The position numbers and the translations under genes were made by a program. Positions 19,626-25,318 of a DNA stretch of 64,000 bases are shown here, one piece after another. Origin of the DNA: an uncultured Bacilli bacterium (GTDB lineage Bacteria; Bacillota_I; Bacilli_A; RF39; UBA660); NCBI GenBank assembly GCA_934183155.1, contig CAKPSB010000006.1, positions 25,097 through 89,096 of the forward strand, written 5' to 3'. Below the pieces are notes generated by a model. The model worked only from the letters and a program-made list of their open reading frames with translations, did not search any database and had not been told where the DNA came from. The first letter of the stretch is position 1. Each line of letters opens with the position of its first letter.

Positions 19626-20942
19626 CTAAAAGTACCTCATTATTATATCATAGTTTTCGTTATTTGACTTATCAAATTTGCTTTTTTTTAGGCCTGGAAG
19701 CCAAATTATTTGACCGTTATCATCGGTTACGACTGGCCATGTGTTTCTTTTTTCTTTTGGTATTTTCTCGTTTATAAAAATTTCTTTTATTTTTTTTGAT
19801 TTGTTTAATCCTTTTAAGATGATTTTATCACCTGGTTGTTTATTTCTTATATGAATTGGCATTTTGATTTCTTTTGAATTGATTTTTATTGTGTAATTTG
19901 AATTATCAGTTGTTTCGCCTTGAATTTTTATCATATGACCATTTGCCAGAATTATTTCCTTATTTAATATATAATTATATTCTTTTGTTTGATTAATTTT
20001 TTTTATGTATGCTTTATTATATTCTTTGACAAAACTTCTTTTTAAGGGGAGGGATAACGATTGATTGGGCTTGTTTGAATTTATAATATTTATGATTTGA
20101 TTTAGGTGGTTTTCATTTATTTTTGTAATATTTTCACCATATTCTTCTATTAAAATTTTAGAAATTGTCTTCTTTTGAATTAACTTTTTTTCCCTCCTTA
20201 ATTTAGATATATTTATTGCTTCATCTTCATATATTTGTGGTAATTTTTCTTTTATTATATTTTCAAAATAATTTTCAGTTTCATTGATGGTTTTACTAAA
20301 ATTTAAAAATTTTAGATGGATATTTTTATTTTCTTTTTTTAAATAAGGTAAAATATGCATTCTTATTCTATTTCTTGTAAACTTTTCGCTTTCGTTTGTT
20401 TTATCGACAGCGTATGGAATATTATTTTTTTGGACATACTTTAATATTTCTTCTTTTGTTTTAGTAATCAATGGGCGGTATATTTTATACCCTTCTTGAT
20501 TTGTTATTTGTGGAAAGGCTCCATACCCTTTTAGGGACGACCCTCTTATTATTCTCATTAATATGGTTTCGGTTAAATCATCGCCATGATGTGCGGTTAA
20601 AAGATATTTGGAGTTATATTTTTTTATTAGGCTTTGAAAAAATTGATATCTTTTTTTTCTGGCATAATTTTCTGTATTTCCTTTATAGTTTGTTATTTCC
20701 ATATATTCAAAGATAATATTGTTTTTTTGGCAATACGCTTGTACCATTTTTGCTTCGGCTTCACTTTCTTTTCTTAATTTATGATTTACATGAGCACACA
20801 CTATTTTTAAATTATTTTTTGTTTTTAAAAGAAGCGATAATAGAGCCATAGAATCTGGGCCACCCGATGTAGCCATTATAACTGTTTGATTTGGTTCTAT
20901 TTTGTTTTCTATTTCTCTAATGATATCATTCATCTTCATCAC
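19626..20942 (-). CDS. tilS: tRNA(Ile)-lysidine synthetase
   Basis: PP-loop SGGPDSMAL near the N-terminus, 438 aa. Directly upstream of ftsH as in Bacilli, but no hprT between them. Confidence 0.85.
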   Translation of the reverse strand: MMKMNDIIREIENKIEPNQTVIMATSGGPDSMALLSLLLKTKNNLKIVCAHVNHKLRKESEAEAKMVQAYCQKNNIIFEYMEITNYKGNTENYARKKRYQFFQSLIKKYNSKYLLTAHHGDDLTETILMRIIRGSSLKGYGAFPQITNQEGYKIYRPLITKTKEEILKYVQKNNIPYAVDKTNESEKFTRNRIRMHILPYLKKENKNIHLKFLNFSKTINETENYFENIIKEKLPQIYEDEAINISKLRREKKLIQKKTISKILIEEYGENITKINENHLNQIINIINSNKPNQSLSLPLKRSFVKEYNKAYIKKINQTKEYNYILNKEIILANGHMIKIQGETTDNSNYTIKINSKEIKMPIHIRNKQPGDKIILKGLNKSKKIKEIFINEKIPKEKRNTWPVVTDDNGQIIWLPGLKKSKFDKSNNENYDIIMRYF

Positions 20943-21591
20943 TCCATTTTATTGGCGTTATACCGTGGCTCACAAGAAAATTATTGGTTTTGGAAAAGGG
21001 CTTACTACCAAAGAATCCTCGATAAGCTGATAATGGTGAAGGGTGTGGTGCTTGTATTATGTAGTGATTTTTATTTGTTATTAATTTCTTTTTGCTTTGA
21101 GCGTAGCCTCCCCATAATATGAACACTATAGGTTTTTCTCTTTCATTTAATATTTTTATTAAATCATCGGTGAAAATTTCCCATCCTTTGTCTTTATGTG
21201 ATAATGGAGTATCCTTGACAACCGTCATGATTGAATTTAGTAGAAACACTCCTTGTTTAGCCCAGTCTGTTAGATTATTATTTGTTCTGGTTATACCTAG
21301 ATCATCTTTTAATTCTTTAAATATATTGTTTAATGATGGTGGTCTTTTGACGTTTGCTTCAACGGAAAATGAAAGTCCATGGGCTTCATGGGGGCCATGA
21401 TATGGATCTTGTCCCAATATTACAACTTTTACCTCATCATAATCAGTATACCTTAGAGCGTTAAATATATTCTTATATTCTGGATATATGATTTTTTTAT
21501 TATATTCATTTTTAATAAAGATGCCTAATTTTTGAAAATATGGTTTTTCCATTTCTTCTTTTAGAATTATATCCCATTTTTTGTTAATCAT
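20926..21591 (-). CDS. ung: Uracil-DNA glycosylase
   Basis: GQDPYHGP catalytic motif. HGLSFSV and HPSPLS motifs. 17-nt overlap with tilS start. Confidence 0.9.
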   Translation of the reverse strand: MINKKWDIILKEEMEKPYFQKLGIFIKNEYNKKIIYPEYKNIFNALRYTDYDEVKVVILGQDPYHGPHEAHGLSFSVEANVKRPPSLNNIFKELKDDLGITRTNNNLTDWAKQGVFLLNSIMTVVKDTPLSHKDKGWEIFTDDLIKILNEREKPIVFILWGGYAQSKKKLITNKNHYIIQAPHPSPLSAYRGFFGSKPFSKTNNFLVSHGITPIKWSDEDE

Positions 21592-21743
21592 GTTTTACCT
21601 CCTTTTGGAATATATTGTAGCATTTTTTTTATTATATATAAAGATATATTAATATTTTGAAATGTGTTTTAATAAAATATTTTGTGTAAATTTGACTTTT
21701 AATAAAATAGTGCTATAATATGTTCTCGCAAAGGGGGAAATGT

Positions 21744-22010
21744 ATGAAAAAATTAGTATATAAGCCTGGTGAACACAAGGTAATAGGTCTTGTAATGGCT
21801 AACACTGTAGAGAACGGAGAGGTGTTTGTTGCTAAAGTAGCACCTCATGATGGCTATAAATTTGTTAAAAAGATTTGTGATTTGGGTTTAAAAAGCAATA
21901 ACAAAAGCTCACAGACAGTTTATGGCGAATATGTTAATGTAGTTCCTGTTATTACAAGTGACCCAGAATTTATGGGTAAACCACTTACTAAAATTCGCAA
22001 GGAATTATAG
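21744..22010 (+). CDS. Hypothetical small protein
   Basis: Start re-set to ATG 21744 (MKKLVYKPGE...) after GGGGG RBS. 88 aa, no recognised family. Lies at the left edge of the toxin island. Confidence 0.4.
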   Translation: MKKLVYKPGEHKVIGLVMANTVENGEVFVAKVAPHDGYKFVKKICDLGLKSNNKSSQTVYGEYVNVVPVITSDPEFMGKPLTKIRKEL

Positions 22011-22145
22011 AAATCATATAAAGAAGCTTTATATGGTTTTTTTGTTGTTTTATTAATTCGTTTATCGATAAATTTTACAGGCTTTTACAATTTTTTGTCT
22101 TTTTTTTGATAACTTTTTTTATTATTGTTTTATTTAGCCTTAAAA

Positions 22146-22154
22146 ATGATATAA
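22146..22154 (+). promoter_or_regulatory. Extended -10 element (TGaTATAAT) upstream of the toxin module
   Basis: TGATATAAT at 22146-22154, about 45 nt upstream of the first island gene. No good -35 found. Confidence 0.3.
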
Positions 22155-22200
22155 TTTAAGAGATTATTTAACGTAGTTTACAATGGAAAGGAGTAGTTTA

Positions 22201-22473
22201 ATGAGCAAAGCAGTTTTATCAAATGCAAACGAGAATGCAAATAAATTATATAGCGCTACTCAGAATTTATATAATGCAAGCAACCATTTAAACGAGGTTA
22301 TAAATGATTTAAATAATGGAGCTACAGCAAATAGAATTAAATTTACAGTAACTATTTTGAGTACTTTACGAGATGAAATAAACGAAGAGATACTTTTGTT
22401 GCGAAATACTGCTAACGATATTGTTAGCGTGGCAAATTCAATTGAAAATGAAAATAAAGCACGTTCAGATTAA
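22201..22473 (+). CDS. Small all-helical protein, candidate WXG100-like / LXG-associated (Lap-type) targeting factor
   Basis: ATG 22201 preceded by AAGGAG (7-nt spacer). 90 aa. Heptad-like Asn/Leu/Ile pattern predicts two long helices. No WXG motif. Positioned immediately upstream of the large toxin gene. Confidence 0.45.
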   Translation: MSKAVLSNANENANKLYSATQNLYNASNHLNEVINDLNNGATANRIKFTVTILSTLRDEINEEILLLRNTANDIVSVANSIENENKARSD

Positions 22474-22546
22474 GTAATATTTATTTTATTTTTACTGATT
22501 TAATGTAACTATTTTTTAATTATTTTGAGTGATAGGATATGGTATT

Positions 22547-24658
22547 ATGAGTTATTTTAAACCGAATAAAATTAGTAATGGTGTTCTTGGCTTGGATATT
22601 GTTTATAGCCAAATAGAAGATGCATATGAAAAAATAAATAGTTGTAATAACTGTTTAAATTATTTAATTAAAGAAAATTTGAACTATAGTATTTCAAATA
22701 TTGCTGATAAAGTTTCTAAAAATCTTAGGACTAGTAAAGAGATGCAGAATAAAATTATTGATGTTATCGATGATTATAATAAAACGATGAGGCTAACTAC
22801 CGAAAATAGTATTGATTTAAATAGTATTTTACAAATGCCAGAAGAGCTTTTCTCATTTTTAGAACATAGCTCTGGTTCAATGGTAAAAATGCTTCAAAAT
22901 AGCTGTGATGTTCTTTATGATGTTGCTAGCGATACTGGAGCTAAATTTGTAGGCGATGTCAAGAGTTGGTTTACTAATCTTTATGAAACAAATATAGTTT
23001 ATAGAGCGGCTGCGTCAACTGGGGCTTCTCTTATAAATACTGGAATATCTTTTTTAAGCGGAGCAGCAAAATTTGTTGAAGGACTATTTGATGGGGCTTT
23101 TCTTTCTTTAGCTACTTTGGCTGTACCTATTACAGGACTTATAGATATGTCTTGGAATTGTTTAACTGGGGAAAATTTGGGTTTAACTGATACGATGTTA
23201 GAAAGTACGCGAGGTGTGGTACAGTATAACGCGGTTCAGTCTTGGTGTGACTGGTTATACAACACAGATTTTGGTAAAACTATTAATGATTGCTCATTTC
23301 CTTCATTTAAAAGAGATGGAGCCATATACAACTTGACAAATCAGGCCGGCACATTAGTCACTCCAATTCTTTTGTCAGCAGTTTTAGCATATTTTGGCGT
23401 TGATCCATCTATATCTTTGCCTCTATTAGCAGGTATTTCCTCATTTGGAAATACAACAGAAAATTTTTGGCAGAATGGCACTGGAACTGTGGAGGGAATG
23501 GCAGCTGGATTTTTAGATGGTTTATATAACGCCTTTCAATGGGCTATAGGTGGAAAATTAGATGGGACAGGGGCGAAATCTATATTATTTTATACCGTTG
23601 GTGGTTTTATTGAGCCTTTATTCCAAAGCTCCTTATTTGGCTTTGCTACTGGTGATGATATATTGAAAGTTTATAATGATAGTGGTGGATTAATGACCTC
23701 ACTTCAAAGTGCATTTTTATCTGGAATTATCGCTGGATGGGGTGAGCATAGTTATAATACAAAAATAAACACACAAAGATTAGAAGAGATCAATACTAAA
23801 AAAATAGATCTTGATATTTTTAACAATAAAATATCAGAAATAAATATTGAAAGAAATATAGATTCAGATACTTTTTCAAGCTTTAATGATATTGTTAATT
23901 TTTATAAAGTACATGGTAAAGCGCCCGGTGCATACTCTGTTGATGAAATTAATAATTTTTTAAATAAATATTCCAAAGAGGGATTTGATACTTTTAATTT
24001 TCTTAATTGCAGTGTAAAAGCTGAGCAAAAAAGTGTTATACATGACATTGGAACCGACTTAACTTACGTTGGAACCGAAAAAGGCAAAATTGGAAATACC
24101 GAATTAACATTTAATGTTTTACAAGATTCTGATGGAATACGTTATCGCATTCAAAATAGTGATGTCAATAATCACTTCCGTTTAAATGAAATATATGATT
24201 CTGTTTCAAAAGTAAAAGACTTTAGTGAATCTGGGGATTTAATGAAAAACGTTAAACAAATCGATGTTGTTTCTGTAAAAAATCCAGATGATGAGTTTTG
24301 GGCACAATTTCATGGTGATGGAACATTTACTTCTGCAGCAACTTTCAATAATGGTTATGTAACTATATACAAATTATCTCCAACTATAGATCAAACAATT
24401 GCTCATGAAGCAGGTCATGGTATAGATAAAAATAATATTTTATCTGGTTCAGATTTATGGGCTAAAGCTGCTGAGTTAGATGGAAATTTTGCGAGTGAAT
24501 ATGCTCGTTCATACAGAAATGGGGCAGCAGAAAATGGAGAGAAAAATTTGTATATTGAGGATTTTGCAGATTCAATTAGAAATCTTTATTCTTTAGGCTT
24601 TGAAAGGTTTCGCCAAAAATATCCTAACAGGGCTAAATTGTTGGAATTATTATTTTAG
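22547..24658 (+). CDS. Polymorphic toxin, LXG/EsaD-like architecture, with C-terminal ATLF/M34-like zinc metallopeptidase domain
   Basis: About 703 aa from ATG 22547 (ORF-track start is GTG at 22529). N-terminal about 150 aa is helical. A Gly/Ala/Ser-rich hydrophobic central region (AAASTGASLINTGISFLSGAAKFVEGLFDGAFLSLATLAVPITG...GTGAKSILFYTVGGFIEPL) resembles the EsaD/YeeF mid-region. The C-terminus has HEAGH (nt 24404-24418), then ELDGNFASEYA and YIEDFADSIR about 35-45 aa later, like the HEFGH...EFFAEAF of the anthrax lethal factor family. Confidence 0.6.
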   Translation: MSYFKPNKISNGVLGLDIVYSQIEDAYEKINSCNNCLNYLIKENLNYSISNIADKVSKNLRTSKEMQNKIIDVIDDYNKTMRLTTENSIDLNSILQMPEELFSFLEHSSGSMVKMLQNSCDVLYDVASDTGAKFVGDVKSWFTNLYETNIVYRAAASTGASLINTGISFLSGAAKFVEGLFDGAFLSLATLAVPITGLIDMSWNCLTGENLGLTDTMLESTRGVVQYNAVQSWCDWLYNTDFGKTINDCSFPSFKRDGAIYNLTNQAGTLVTPILLSAVLAYFGVDPSISLPLLAGISSFGNTTENFWQNGTGTVEGMAAGFLDGLYNAFQWAIGGKLDGTGAKSILFYTVGGFIEPLFQSSLFGFATGDDILKVYNDSGGLMTSLQSAFLSGIIAGWGEHSYNTKINTQRLEEINTKKIDLDIFNNKISEINIERNIDSDTFSSFNDIVNFYKVHGKAPGAYSVDEINNFLNKYSKEGFDTFNFLNCSVKAEQKSVIHDIGTDLTYVGTEKGKIGNTELTFNVLQDSDGIRYRIQNSDVNNHFRLNEIYDSVSKVKDFSESGDLMKNVKQIDVVSVKNPDDEFWAQFHGDGTFTSAATFNNGYVTIYKLSPTIDQTIAHEAGHGIDKNNILSGSDLWAKAAELDGNFASEYARSYRNGAAENGEKNLYIEDFADSIRNLYSLGFERFRQKYPNRAKLLELLF

Positions 24659-24666
24659 AAAGGACG

Positions 24667-24876
24667 ATGTTTTTGAAAAGAATTGATGGACCTACACCAA
24701 ATGGTGGAACGTATGCTGAGGTATATTATTATGATGAGCATGATAAAGAAACTGATGATGTTAAAAAGGCTGTAAAAGCATATGGCCGTGAATATGATAA
24801 AAATGGCAAATTAATAAATGAAGTCTTTTTTACAAAAAACAATAATGATATTGAAGAAAAGGAGAAAATAAAATGA
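24667..24876 (+). CDS. Small acidic protein, candidate cognate immunity/inhibitor protein
   Basis: 69 aa, GGACG-type RBS. Starts 9 nt after the toxin stop. Its TGA stop overlaps the ATG of the next gene (ATGA coupling). Acidic (D/E-rich), no family recognised. Confidence 0.4.
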   Translation: MFLKRIDGPTPNGGTYAEVYYYDEHDKETDDVKKAVKAYGREYDKNGKLINEVFFTKNNNDIEEKEKIK

Positions 24877-25187
24877 GAGAAAAATATTTACCAATAGGAA
24901 CAGTTGTTACTTTAAAAGGAGCGACAAAAAAAATTATGGTTATAGGTTACTTACCAATGGTTGGTGACAAAAAGGAAGTTTATGATTATAGTGCTTGTAC
25001 TTTTCCAGAAGGAGTTTTGTCTTCAGATAAAACATTAGCTTTTAATCATAATCAAATTGAAAAAATTAACTTTGTTGGACTTGAAAATGAAGAAAGTAAA
25101 AAATTTGATGAAACTATTAAAAAGATGGTAAAAGGATTCCATGAACTTAAAGATGCAAAACTTCCTAATGATACAGAAATATTATAA
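24873..25187 (+). CDS. DUF4176-family protein (T7SSb/LXG-locus associated)
   Basis: 104 aa. LPIGTVVTLKG...KIMVIGY...YDYSACTFPEGV...FNHNQIEKINFVG matches the recalled DUF4176 consensus (LPIGSVV.LKG / YDYaGv.YPEG / FNH..I). Confidence 0.65.
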   Translation: MREKYLPIGTVVTLKGATKKIMVIGYLPMVGDKKEVYDYSACTFPEGVLSSDKTLAFNHNQIEKINFVGLENEESKKFDETIKKMVKGFHELKDAKLPNDTEIL

Positions 25188-25204
25188 TTTTTGATTAATT
25201 TGAT

Positions 25205-25230
25205 AAAACAGATAATTTCTGTTTTTTTGT
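25205..25230 (+). terminator. Rho-independent terminator after the DUF4176 gene
   Basis: AACAGA-TAATT-TCTGTT hairpin followed by TTTTTTG. Confidence 0.5.
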
Positions 25231-25318
25231 ATAGTTTACTTTTAATATAAATTATTTATAAATTTAAATATTGCATATTAAGTATAAGTGCTATAATTTA
25301 TTATAGGGAGCTGATGAT

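Noticed and set aside
22183-22200. ORF-track start (MERSSL...) for the small helical protein
   Set aside because: The AGGAG at 22189-22193 would lie inside the coding sequence. The ATG at 22201 with that RBS 7 nt upstream is the more plausible start.
22529-22546. GTG start for the toxin gene, and similar GTG/TTG starts at typA 44644, tatD 55874, metG 53612, ychF 10618
   Set aside because: In each case the extended N-terminus is translated from the Shine-Dalgarno sequence itself, and an ATG with proper spacing follows within 6-18 codons.
25188-25318. M-box (Mg2+ riboswitch) upstream of mgtA
   Set aside because: Looked for the conserved GC-containing helices and found none. The region is almost entirely A/T and is mostly the upstream terminator.
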